Under the pieces are notes generated by a model. It ran no database searches. It saw nothing but the letters and a program-made list of their open reading frames with translations, and was not told where the DNA came from. A stretch of DNA of 64,000 bases from a virus: IMG/VR virus record IMGVR_UViG_3300021088_000009; one strand, 5' to 3'. Below, piece by piece: positions 51,036 to 59,946 of the stretch. The first letter of the stretch is position 1, and the number at the start of each line of letters is the position of its first letter. The position numbers and the translations under genes are program-made.

Positions 51036-52205
51036 TCAGTACGCGGTGGACTGGAAGTTGACGAGAGTCGCGGTCACCGCGCCGCCGTCAGTGGCGTTAT
51101 AGATGCCGGACAGGGAGAAGTCGGCCTGCACATAGTTGGACGACAGGTCGCGCTTTCCCTTGAAGAAACCGGACTTCGACATGGTGACGGCCAGCGACGC
51201 ACCCATGCCGTTGGTTCCCGACGCCGGTTCCTGAAGCAACGCCGTGGTCGGGCTCTGCGTGTAGTTCAGGTACAGGTTCAGGTCGGTCTGGTTCTCGAAA
51301 ATCGCCTTGTACGTGCCGTCCGCCTCCAACGCGCCCTGGAAGATCTCGCGTGGGGCCTGGATTCCGTCGCTGGAATGCACGGGTTCCACGGCGCGTTTGA
51401 TGGCGTAGTCCAGGGTCAGGCCACGGGTGGACGCGCCACCCGCGTTGGTCATGTTCCATTCCCAGCCCAGGATCGGCGGAAGCGCCGTGTAGGTCGGGGT
51501 CATGGACGACTGGGTCACGCCGGGGAACGTCGTGTATTTGACGTCCAGGGTGACAGCGGCCTTCGGGTCGATCTTCAACGCGAGGTCCGACATGGCCGCG
51601 CCCGCGTAGCCGAGCGTCCCGGTGGTGTCGTACACCGTCAGGCTGTAGGTGGCCTTGGTGGCGGGGTTCGTGGACTGCGCGAACTTGTGCGAACTGGATG
51701 CGATCAGCGGGTCGGCGGAGCTGTGCGCGTTGACCAGCCCTACGGCCGATCCGACAACCGTGGTGACGGTCAGCGTGTACGGTCCGGTGCCGGACACGGC
51801 GGTGACGTAGGCGTATTCGACGGCCGCGCCGGTGCCCACCTTGATGTAGGTGAGAGCGGCGATGCTGGCGGTGGAGGACAGGGTGGTGGCACCGACAACG
51901 GAGCTCGCGGCCAGCGTGGTGGACACACCGGCGGTCACCGTGTCAGGGCCGATGATGCCCCGGAAGAAGTGTCCGATCAGGTCCGGGTAGGCCATGAGGT
52001 TGATGTCCCACGTGGCGTGTACCGGCCCCTGGTACATGCCTTGCAACAGGGTGTCGTTGGCGCGGTACGACTCGTCCTTGAGTTCGGTGTACACGTCTTC
52101 GAAGTCGGCCTTGCTGAAGGGGATGTAGGTTGTGGGGGACACGTATGTGCCGGCCACGGTCTCCTTGGCAATCCCCAGAATGGCAAGGCGGGAAAGCTGG
52201 GTCAC
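51036..52205 (-). CDS. major tail protein (candidate)
   Basis: 389 aa. Thr/Ser/Ala-rich. Position is after the head-tail connector genes and before the chaperone and tape-measure genes. Confidence 0.5.
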   Translation of the reverse strand: MTQLSRLAILGIAKETVAGTYVSPTTYIPFSKADFEDVYTELKDESYRANDTLLQGMYQGPVHATWDINLMAYPDLIGHFFRGIIGPDTVTAGVSTTLAASSVVGATTLSSTASIAALTYIKVGTGAAVEYAYVTAVSGTGPYTLTVTTVVGSAVGLVNAHSSADPLIASSSHKFAQSTNPATKATYSLTVYDTTGTLGYAGAAMSDLALKIDPKAAVTLDVKYTTFPGVTQSSMTPTYTALPPILGWEWNMTNAGGASTRGLTLDYAIKRAVEPVHSSDGIQAPREIFQGALEADGTYKAIFENQTDLNLYLNYTQSPTTALLQEPASGTNGMGASLAVTMSKSGFFKGKRDLSSNYVQADFSLSGIYNATDGGAVTATLVNFQSTAY

Positions 52206-52441
52206 TTGCTCGCCTCCTCATCGGTCGCGGCCGACGGGGCGGCCTTCTCTGTGTCCGGTGTGGACTGTGCTGTGGCCGTGAGGTCCATGACCGTCCTGGC
52301 CGGGTTGTACTCTTCGGGCTTGACCTCTTCGAAACCCGCCAACAGCACGTCACACTCGATGGTGTCGCCCGGAAGCACTTGTGTGGGCGGTTCGAGCGTT
52401 GGCAGGACAAGGGGGTTGCCCGACACGTTGCGCTGCAACAC
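52202..52441 (-). CDS. hypothetical protein
   Basis: 79 aa. Its end overlaps the downstream gene. Confidence 0.5.
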   Translation of the reverse strand: MLQRNVSGNPLVLPTLEPPTQVLPGDTIECDVLLAGFEEVKPEEYNPARTVMDLTATAQSTPDTEKAAPSAATDEEASK

Positions 52442-52462
52442 GCGTGCCTCCGGTTTTCCTTG

Positions 52463-52963
52463 CTAAATGGTGTCTTCCAGATCGTCAGCCTGGTAGTTGA
52501 CGGTCGCGGAGAGGAAGCCGCGTTCCATCGTGGTCTCCGGCGGGTCGAAGTCGATCGGGATCTCCGGGTTGGCCCCGGGGGCTTCCGCGACGGACAGGAA
52601 CCGGCCGCCGTGGGTTTTGTTCCCGAGGGTTCCGCGCAACCGTTGAAGCAACAGGTCCACGGCGGCATCGAAGTTGGCCTGCTCCGTCTCGCCAATCCCG
52701 ACGCCGGTCGTAGTGGATCCGATGCGCCACAACAACCTCAGCCGGAACGAGTGTCGCGGGAGCTTGCGTTGGTTGGACCACCGCATGTCGATCAGCCGCG
52801 TGCGCATGACGTAGATGCCGTTGACGTTGTAGTTCGGGGTACGCGGCCAGTAGGCGTTGATCACGTCCCACGGGCCGCTCGCGGTCTTCAACAGGGCCGG
52901 AAGTCCGTCGCCGGACTGGGAAAGCCAGTCCGTTTCGCGTTGCACAGCGTTCGCTGTGGACAC
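52463..52963 (-). CDS. hypothetical head-tail region protein
   Basis: 166 aa. Confidence 0.6.
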   Translation of the reverse strand: MSTANAVQRETDWLSQSGDGLPALLKTASGPWDVINAYWPRTPNYNVNGIYVMRTRLIDMRWSNQRKLPRHSFRLRLLWRIGSTTTGVGIGETEQANFDAAVDLLLQRLRGTLGNKTHGGRFLSVAEAPGANPEIPIDFDPPETTMERGFLSATVNYQADDLEDTI

Positions 52964-52967
52964 TGAC

Positions 52968-53531
52968 TCACCTCCGTTTGCGGCGGTGCCACACGCGGTG
53001 GTGGCGGACCCTCTTGTGGATGATGATTCGGGTTCGGTGCTTGCGCGGGTGGTGAATGAGCCCGGTTCGCTTGTGGTAGGTGGTCGAGGAGATCAGCCGG
53101 TGCGGTCCACTGTGGAACTTGTGCGTGTGCCGACCGCGCGCCAACGCGTACTTGCGTACTCCCGAGCCCCGTGTGTGGTGCTTCAGGTTCGCCAGTGACT
53201 TGGCGCTGGGTGGCCGTCGGCCGCCCGCGCCGGCCGCCCGAGGGTTGCGGCTGGCGGCCCGGGCGGACATGGCGTGCCGCTTCTTGAGAGCGGCGGAGAT
53301 CTTCGCGCGGGTTTCCGAGCTGAGCGCGTGCCCTTTGTGCGGGTGCTTCTTGCCTTTGAGGGCGGCGGAGATTTTCGCGCGGGTCGATGACGACAGCGCG
53401 TGTCCCCGGTGGGTTTTTCCCCGTAGTGCCTTGGAGATTTTCGCGCGGGCCGACGCTGACAGGTGGTGGCCTTTGCGTGCGGCCGCCATTTTCGCGCGGG
53501 TTGCGGCCGAGATCGGGTGGCCCCTGGCCAT
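52968..53531 (-). CDS. highly basic protein with about 5 tandem NUMOD3-like DNA-binding repeats
   Basis: 187 aa. Five repeats of the form GH(A/H)LS..TRAKIS(A/K)AL(K/R)GK. Arg/His/Lys-rich tail. No nuclease domain is present. Confidence 0.6.
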   Translation of the reverse strand: MARGHPISAATRAKMAAARKGHHLSASARAKISKALRGKTHRGHALSSSTRAKISAALKGKKHPHKGHALSSETRAKISAALKKRHAMSARAASRNPRAAGAGGRRPPSAKSLANLKHHTRGSGVRKYALARGRHTHKFHSGPHRLISSTTYHKRTGLIHHPRKHRTRIIIHKRVRHHRVWHRRKRR

Positions 53532-53534
53532 GGC

Positions 53535-54206
53535 CTAGCTCCGCATGTAGGGCGACAGCCACGACACGGCAAGCGCTTCCAGCTTGTCCGGGTCGTGGCC
53601 GTGCTGGGACTGCAACATGGGGTCGAGTTCGCGGCAGGCGATAGCGGCGGCCATGTATTTGCACGCGCGGACCAGGTCGGCGGGGACGGTGAAGTAGCCG
53701 CCGCCGTAGGTGACGCGGGCCAGGGATCCGATGGGGATGAACTTTCCGAGGTTGAACCACACGTGCCCGGTGTCGATCTCCGGCCCCTGGAACTGAGTGG
53801 TTGTCAGGTTCTCGGATCCGCCGTAGGAGCGGACGATCGTCAGGGAGATGTTGCCGTACGCCCAGTACTCCCCGAACAGGGGCGCGTACTCGTTCAGCCA
53901 CAGGTGACGGACGAGAGTGGACGCGCCCATGGCGTACGCGTATGAGCGGCCCAGCGCGCCCTGAAGGTCCAGGGGCAGGTTCGCGGTGTCGGTGTACTCA
54001 TCCGGGTCGATCCCCTGGCAGCGGTGCGTCTCGAAGTGCCCCACGAACGGGGCGAGACGGCGCTGTGTCTCGGTTTCACACGCTCGGGTGGCCTCCACCA
54101 TGATCTCGTTCAGGGCGTCCGAACTGAAGCTTCGGACCAGGTCCGCGAACGCCCCTTGTTGCATCTGTGCCGCCGTGGCAAGCGGGGTGGGCGAATCCAG
54201 TCCCAT
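53535..54206 (-). CDS. hypothetical head-tail connector region protein
   Basis: 223 aa. Confidence 0.6.
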   Translation of the reverse strand: MGLDSPTPLATAAQMQQGAFADLVRSFSSDALNEIMVEATRACETETQRRLAPFVGHFETHRCQGIDPDEYTDTANLPLDLQGALGRSYAYAMGASTLVRHLWLNEYAPLFGEYWAYGNISLTIVRSYGGSENLTTTQFQGPEIDTGHVWFNLGKFIPIGSLARVTYGGGYFTVPADLVRACKYMAAAIACRELDPMLQSQHGHDPDKLEALAVSWLSPYMRS

Positions 54207-54209
54207 GGC

Positions 54210-54518
54210 TCACTCCGTGAATGTGGAGATGTCGATTCCCTTGGTGGACGGGTTCTTGAGTTTCGGCGCGGCCACTGGCTTGAGGACCGCCGGCTTGGCT
54301 GGCGCGGGGAACGGGGCTTCCGGGGCGACTTCGGAGAAGCTGACCTCCGGTGCCACCTCGCTGAATCCGCCGTCACGGATGGCCAGCAGGATCCGGCCTT
54401 CGCGTTCGGTGACCTCGACTACCGCGCCGGCTTCCGTCCACACGTTCCCGAACGAGTCGGATCCGGCTTGTTCCTTGCGTAGCAACATGTTTCGGTGATC
54501 CTCCTTGGTTGGACGCAC
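54210..54518 (-). CDS. hypothetical protein (Pro/Ala-rich C-terminus)
   Basis: 102 aa. Confidence 0.55.
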   Translation of the reverse strand: MRPTKEDHRNMLLRKEQAGSDSFGNVWTEAGAVVEVTEREGRILLAIRDGGFSEVAPEVSFSEVAPEAPFPAPAKPAVLKPVAAPKLKNPSTKGIDISTFTE

Positions 54519-54604
54519 CCCGCCGACACGGGGAGGTCAGTCCATTGTCGGCGGGGTGCACGGTGCCCCGGCGGGTTGCTGGTTCCCGCCGGGGCACCGG
54601 GTCA

Positions 54605-55969
54605 TCACACAGCCGTGTTGACCCGGTAGAGGCCACCCAGGAACTTCGGTCCGCGCACAGCAAGCACGGTGTCCGACACGATGGCGTACGGGAGGCTGTC
54701 CGGGCTGCTGGTTGTCGGGTAGACATCCAGCGGTGTCAGCTCGCGGACGTACGGGCGACAGATGTTGTCGTAGTCACGCGACATGAGGTACACGTTCTCG
54801 CTGCCCACGGCGGTCGGGAACTTGTTGGTGTTCGTTCCCTGGTAGGTCGCCGGTGTGGTGCCGGGCTGAGTCGATCCGTTCTGCGGGATCAACGTCGCAC
54901 CTGTGTCCACAATGGACGTGGTGAGCAGCGGGGTGATCCCGTCGGCCTGGAAGCCCACGTTCGCGTCCACGTAGCCCAGAAGGGTTTCCGTGCCGGTCGC
55001 GGTGGAGCGGTACACCTTGTAGAGGGTCGGCTGCAAGCCGTCCAGACCCGACGGGGTCGAGAACGACAGGGTCACGGTGGAAGTGGATCCCGTTGTGGTC
55101 TGGGAAACTTCCGCCGATGCGGCGATCTCACCCTGGCGGGCGACGATGGCCGACACCTTGTAGAAGTACGTGGCCGCCGCGAGTGTTCCGCCGCTGGTCG
55201 CTGTCGCCGTGGTGACCGCGCCCATCTGGATCGAGCGGGTGGACATGAAGGACGACTTGATCAGCGGGATGTCGCGGTAGGTCGGCACGATCAGACCGGC
55301 CGCTACCTCGGTGCGGTCCATGAACCGCTGCTGGTTGGTGAGCAGCTGAGCGATCTTCGACACGGCGGTGTTGCTCATGACGATCTGCCATGTGGAGTCG
55401 AACACGCTCATGGCGGCGTTGGTTTCCACCATGTCGATCAGCTCGTCCAGCATGGCCAGGGTCAGCGTCGCACCGGCCTTGTCCTGGGCGTTCTGGTTTC
55501 CGCCGCTGTAGGTGTTGATCAGCGAGTCCAGGCCGTCAAACTGCGGGTACGGGCCGAACTGAGTGGAGCCCGCGTTTCCCCAGAGGAGAGCGGTCTCGAT
55601 GTCCCAGTACAGGCCACGGATCGAGCCTTCGATTTCTCGTGCTCGCAGGTCACCGATGACCTGGCGGGTGACTTCCTGCGCGTAGCCCGTGATAGCGCCA
55701 ACCACCTGAAGGTGCTTGATGCCGAACGAGTTCTGCACGTAGGTGGAGTTGGAGACGACGCGCGCTCCACCGTCCACAACGAACCCGCCGTTGGGGTTCA
55801 CTGTGCGCTGGTTGAAGTAGTACGTGTCCGAGTTCCACTTCTGGGACGGGATGGACCGCACCAGAGGGGAGTAGCGGCGCTGGTACTCCAGCAACATGGG
55901 GTCGATGATCTTGGGGATAAGGGCGGACGCGCCGGCGGCGGTCAGCGCCTCCCGAAGCTCAGAAGGCAC
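54605..55969 (-). CDS. major capsid protein (HK97-fold candidate)
   Basis: 454 aa. N-terminal motif ALIPKIIDPMLLEYQRRYSPL. Lies downstream of the protease/scaffold gene. Confidence 0.65.
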   Translation of the reverse strand: MPSELREALTAAGASALIPKIIDPMLLEYQRRYSPLVRSIPSQKWNSDTYYFNQRTVNPNGGFVVDGGARVVSNSTYVQNSFGIKHLQVVGAITGYAQEVTRQVIGDLRAREIEGSIRGLYWDIETALLWGNAGSTQFGPYPQFDGLDSLINTYSGGNQNAQDKAGATLTLAMLDELIDMVETNAAMSVFDSTWQIVMSNTAVSKIAQLLTNQQRFMDRTEVAAGLIVPTYRDIPLIKSSFMSTRSIQMGAVTTATATSGGTLAAATYFYKVSAIVARQGEIAASAEVSQTTTGSTSTVTLSFSTPSGLDGLQPTLYKVYRSTATGTETLLGYVDANVGFQADGITPLLTTSIVDTGATLIPQNGSTQPGTTPATYQGTNTNKFPTAVGSENVYLMSRDYDNICRPYVRELTPLDVYPTTSSPDSLPYAIVSDTVLAVRGPKFLGGLYRVNTAV

Positions 55970-56140
55970 GGGGGCCTCACTTTCGATAGCTGATGGTCAT
56001 GTGGGTGGGGGCATGAAAAAACCGTCCACTAAGGACGGTTGGTTGGTGACCATCACTGCCGAAACGGCACCGCGTGCGCGGCGGTCGGATCGAAAATCCC
56101 CCGTGTGACCGCCCCGGTTCGCACCCGGGGCGGTCGGGTC

Positions 56141-57976
56141 TCACTGCTGGCGGTAGATGGAACGCGTTCCCAGCACGGCCTGTTCGAGCATCGGCCGGGT
56201 GAGGGAACGGAACTGCTCTTCCGTCAGCTTGTGCGGGGCGAGCGGCTGACCGTTCTCGGTCGGCCAGTTCGCCGGGTACTCGTCGCCGCCGCTGACGGCG
56301 GCGGACTCTGTGACAGCCGGCTGAACCAGTCCCTTGCGGGACGGTCCCTGTCCCGACTCCACCAGCTCCTGAATAAGCTTGGTGCGCTCGGAGGCCATCT
56401 TCTCCTCCACCAGGCGCGTGATGCGCTGGTCCTCGGTCTCCGTCACGACCGGCGCGGCCGGGGCCGGAGCCACGGTCTCCGTCGTCGCGACAGCGGCCGG
56501 TGCGGGCGCGGTCATCTTGGTGACCAGTCCAGCGATGGCGTCGGTGAGCTTGTCGAACTTCGCGGACAGGGCGTCCATGCCGGTCGACTCTGTGGTGGCG
56601 GCCGGAGTCTCCGACGCCGGTGTGGTGGGCTCGCTCACTGCGGGCTCCTCCTTCTGATCGTCGGCAACCGGTTCCGGTGCCGCTTCCTGTGTGGCTTCCC
56701 TGATCATGTTCTTCAAGGCATCTTCGGTGACGATGTCGGTCACACCACCTGTCGACACTGCCACGGTTTCCATGGCGTCGTCGTCCGGCTTGGACTCCAT
56801 GTCGTGGTCGGTGTCCTCCGACGGTGCCCCGTCCACGTCCATGTCCCCGTCCATGTCCGGATCGAGGTTCGCGAGCGCGGCACACGCGGCACCCATAGCG
56901 GCGCGGCCCAACGCGTCCAGGTCATGAGGGTCAACGCAGTAACTGGACACGTTGACGCACACCATGCCGTTGTCGAGGCAGACGCTGAAACTTCCCGGTC
57001 GGTCGTCGTCCATCCCCCAGGACATGCCTTCCAGCACCGATTCCGACACGCGCTCACGAGTGATCAGCCACGACTCGTCTGTGACCTCAACCCCGAACTT
57101 CGTCAGGGCGGACTTGATGCGTCCCTTGATTCGCTTGAGCTGTGCGGCGGTGTAGTTCTTCGCCTGCTTGGCCTGGTTGATGTACCCCCAGGCGGCTTTC
57201 GCGCGTGCCTTCGTGTCCAGCGGGTACCGCTTGGCCTTGTCGCCCTGGTAGCCAGGGTCGGCGTAGGACGTGGCGGGCGCTTTGGTCGGCGCGGCGGCCG
57301 GCTTCCCGGACTTGAGTGGGGCCGCGCCTTTCTCGGTCACGGGCTCTTCGGTCGCTGTCTCCTCAGCGTCCACGTGTCCCTCCATAATGGACTCATAGAT
57401 CAGGACACGATCGTCACTTTCCCGCGCCTGGGACCCAGCGGCCCGATACCCGGTGATCTCCGCCCCGGGCACACCGGGAGTGCCGGTGTAGTCCAGGCCA
57501 TAAATGTGGAGGCTTTCGCCTTTCTCCACGGGCATCCCGTCATGCATGACGGTCTGCACCTTCCCCGACCACGCGCCCCGAATGGACACGCCCTTGAGGA
57601 ACGGGTCCACTTCGTCAGGGTCGTTGGGGTCGCCCTTGGGGCGAACCAACTTGTCGATGGTGCGGGCGTGCGGGGTGTCGGCGATGTCAGCGGTGAACGC
57701 GGCTTCCCCGAGGTTGTTAACTGACAGGGACGTCAGACGGCCGACGATGCGTGTCGAGTCATCCTCGGCCGCGTGGTGGGTGCGTTGCAGCATGGGATCC
57801 GCCGCTTGGTCGTCCATGCGGCGAAAGCTGGCTTCCCCGGTAGTGATCCTGTCTTGGGCTTCAGCCACGGCCCGCGCGATCATGTCCCGTGTGTAAAGTC
57901 GGCCGTTGCGGCTGACCCCGGGGCGTAGCGCGATGCCGTTGACGGTCGCGATGCGTCGGGCCACGGCATCCTCCAA
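56141..57976 (-). CDS. capsid maturation protease fused to a scaffolding-like acidic/coiled-coil C-terminus
   Basis: 611 aa. N-terminal region is HK97-protease-like. Lys/Ala-rich middle. Very acidic, coiled-coil C-terminal half. Confidence 0.55.
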   Translation of the reverse strand: MEDAVARRIATVNGIALRPGVSRNGRLYTRDMIARAVAEAQDRITTGEASFRRMDDQAADPMLQRTHHAAEDDSTRIVGRLTSLSVNNLGEAAFTADIADTPHARTIDKLVRPKGDPNDPDEVDPFLKGVSIRGAWSGKVQTVMHDGMPVEKGESLHIYGLDYTGTPGVPGAEITGYRAAGSQARESDDRVLIYESIMEGHVDAEETATEEPVTEKGAAPLKSGKPAAAPTKAPATSYADPGYQGDKAKRYPLDTKARAKAAWGYINQAKQAKNYTAAQLKRIKGRIKSALTKFGVEVTDESWLITRERVSESVLEGMSWGMDDDRPGSFSVCLDNGMVCVNVSSYCVDPHDLDALGRAAMGAACAALANLDPDMDGDMDVDGAPSEDTDHDMESKPDDDAMETVAVSTGGVTDIVTEDALKNMIREATQEAAPEPVADDQKEEPAVSEPTTPASETPAATTESTGMDALSAKFDKLTDAIAGLVTKMTAPAPAAVATTETVAPAPAAPVVTETEDQRITRLVEEKMASERTKLIQELVESGQGPSRKGLVQPAVTESAAVSGGDEYPANWPTENGQPLAPHKLTEEQFRSLTRPMLEQAVLGTRSIYRQQ

Positions 57977-58426
57977 TCAGATGAACGAGATGGTCACGGC
58001 CGGGTTCGCGGCGTTGCCCGCGACGGTGATGCCGTTCACGGCCGGCATGTCGAAGCTGGCGACGGTGCCGACGGTGGGGGACGCGGCGAACGCGCCGATG
58101 ATGGTTCCGGTGTGGCCACTGGCGTTGTCCCAGATGGTCATGGGGTTGGTGCCGGTGGTGGTGACCAGAACCCGGCACAGGCGACCCGGGGCGGCCTTGA
58201 CGACGGTGTCCGTGGCGACTCCGGCGGCGATGGCGACGGTGGCTGTTCCACCCGGGGTGGTGACCAGCGCGCCCTGACGGGACTGGGTGCGCTCGTAGGC
58301 GGTGCCGTTCCACGTCTGGTTGTTGATGTTCAGGCCGGTGTATCCGGCCGCGCCGTCACCGGTCGCGCCGGACGCGATCGGTACCGCGTTGTCGTCGTAC
58401 AGGGTGCCGATGGTGTTCTTGGCCAT
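57977..58426 (-). CDS. hypothetical capsid-module protein (paralogue of 58607-58933)
   Basis: 149 aa. The motif FDMPAVNGITVAGNAANPAVTISF is shared with the downstream paralogue. Confidence 0.6.
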   Translation of the reverse strand: MAKNTIGTLYDDNAVPIASGATGDGAAGYTGLNINNQTWNGTAYERTQSRQGALVTTPGGTATVAIAAGVATDTVVKAAPGRLCRVLVTTTGTNPMTIWDNASGHTGTIIGAFAASPTVGTVASFDMPAVNGITVAGNAANPAVTISFI

Positions 58427-58433
58427 GAGCGGT

Positions 58434-58610
58434 TCACTTCCTCACTCGCTGGCCACGTGCCAGCGTGGTTGTGCTGGTCTGTTGTGAGCGCCCCACGATT
58501 CTGATGATCGCCATCTTGACCTCTGGGACCTCAAGGGCTTCCAGGAGCGCGGCCACGAAACCGTCCGCTTCCGCGTGGGGGTCGGGAACGTGTCCGGCGA
58601 CGCGGGTCAC
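58434..58610 (-). CDS. hypothetical 58-aa protein
   Basis: GTGA start/stop overlap with the upstream gene. High GC3. Confidence 0.35.
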   Translation of the reverse strand: MTRVAGHVPDPHAEADGFVAALLEALEVPEVKMAIIRIVGRSQQTSTTTLARGQRVRK

Positions 58611-58933
58611 GAGAAACTCACGGTGACGGCGGCTGATCCGGCCGCACCGACGGCGGTGATGCCGTTGACGGCGGGAACGTCGAACGGGTAGCGGGTGCCG
58701 GTGGTCGCGCCGGAGGGCACGACGCCGATGACGGTTCCCGTACCGGTGCTGGCGTTGTCGTAGAACGTAAGCGCCCCGGTGCTGTTGGCTCCGGTGACCA
58801 CGGCGGCGGCCAGGCGGCCGGGGCTGCCTTTAACGATGGTGGTTCCGACTCCGGCGGCCACGATTGCGTTGGTGGCCGCATTGACTGGGAATCCCGCCGC
58901 GTCAACCAGGGTGAGGACAGGGTTGAACGTCAC
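58607..58933 (-). CDS. hypothetical capsid-module protein (paralogue of 57977-58426)
   Basis: AAGGAGG RBS, 7-nt spacer, GTG start. 108 aa. Carries the motif FDVPAVNGITAVGAAGSAAVTVSF. Confidence 0.55.
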   Translation of the reverse strand: MTFNPVLTLVDAAGFPVNAATNAIVAAGVGTTIVKGSPGRLAAAVVTGANSTGALTFYDNASTGTGTVIGVVPSGATTGTRYPFDVPAVNGITAVGAAGSAAVTVSFS

Positions 58934-59937
58934 AGCGTGGCCTCCTTTGGAAGGTATGGCGTGAAGTCCAACGCCTGAAGTGGGTTTGTGGCGACCAGCG
59001 TGCAACGGCAAAACGGATGGATGCTCGGTGTGGGCGCTTCCACCAACGCGTACGGGCTGTTGCGTTCGAAGGTGTCGCAGATGGCACACACGCGGGTGTC
59101 TCCGGCGGTGAAAAAGTCGACGTCGCGGATGCCTTCGCGGGCGTACAGGGCGAGAGCGCCTCGGCTGAAACTCTGCCCCATGGCCATGTCAACCAGGGTG
59201 GTGACGGCCCGGATTTCTTTGTCCCCCAACAGATCCTCAACGGCGGACACCATCTCGGCGTGGGTCGCGCCGTCTTCGGCCAGCCGGGCGAGCAACCGTC
59301 CGACGTCGGTGGCCGCACCGTCCAGGATGCGACCGAGCCACCCTTTGGCGTCGGCCCAGAAGTCGCCGAGCTTCCCCAGTGACTTCCATGCGTCCTTGAA
59401 GGCGATATCAAAGTCGATGCCGATGACGTGGGCGTCTTGTGCGGCAAGGGCAATCGCCCCGGCTTCCCCTTCGGCCATGCCGTCCTTGAGGGCGGTGGCG
59501 AGGGTTTTCACCAACGCCACATAGTCCTCATCGGTGGGGTCGTCGTGGATCTGGTGAATCAGCCACGTGGCCTGTGCGATGGCCGCCGCGAGCCGGTCCT
59601 TTTTGGACTGGTCGGCTTCTTCGAGTCCGAGGGCACGCCGGAACCGGTTGACGGCCAGGGTGACGGGAAGCTTGCCGGCCAGGGGCCGCCACTTGTCGGC
59701 TACGGCCGTGATGTGCTTGGCGTACAACACTTCCCGCCGGTCGTACACCTTGGCCCAGGTGCCTTCGAGGCTTCCGAGTTTGAGGGTCACCTCGAACACG
59801 TCGTCTTCGTCGGCGTGTTCGCATCCCATGGCGACCGCGACACGGCAGGCTTCCTGCACACGGGGGGTCATGGGGCCGCCGCTGGCGGCCCATCCGTAGG
59901 CGAACGCCTTGCGAAGGTAGGGGGCGATCTCGTTCAC
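58930..59937 (-). CDS. phage head morphogenesis protein (Mu F / SPP1 gp7 family)
   Basis: 335 aa. C-terminal HPFCRCTL motif (the HPNCRC signature). Confidence 0.7.
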   Translation of the reverse strand: MNEIAPYLRKAFAYGWAASGGPMTPRVQEACRVAVAMGCEHADEDDVFEVTLKLGSLEGTWAKVYDRREVLYAKHITAVADKWRPLAGKLPVTLAVNRFRRALGLEEADQSKKDRLAAAIAQATWLIHQIHDDPTDEDYVALVKTLATALKDGMAEGEAGAIALAAQDAHVIGIDFDIAFKDAWKSLGKLGDFWADAKGWLGRILDGAATDVGRLLARLAEDGATHAEMVSAVEDLLGDKEIRAVTTLVDMAMGQSFSRGALALYAREGIRDVDFFTAGDTRVCAICDTFERNSPYALVEAPTPSIHPFCRCTLVATNPLQALDFTPYLPKEATL

Positions 59938-59946
59938 GAGGCCCCC

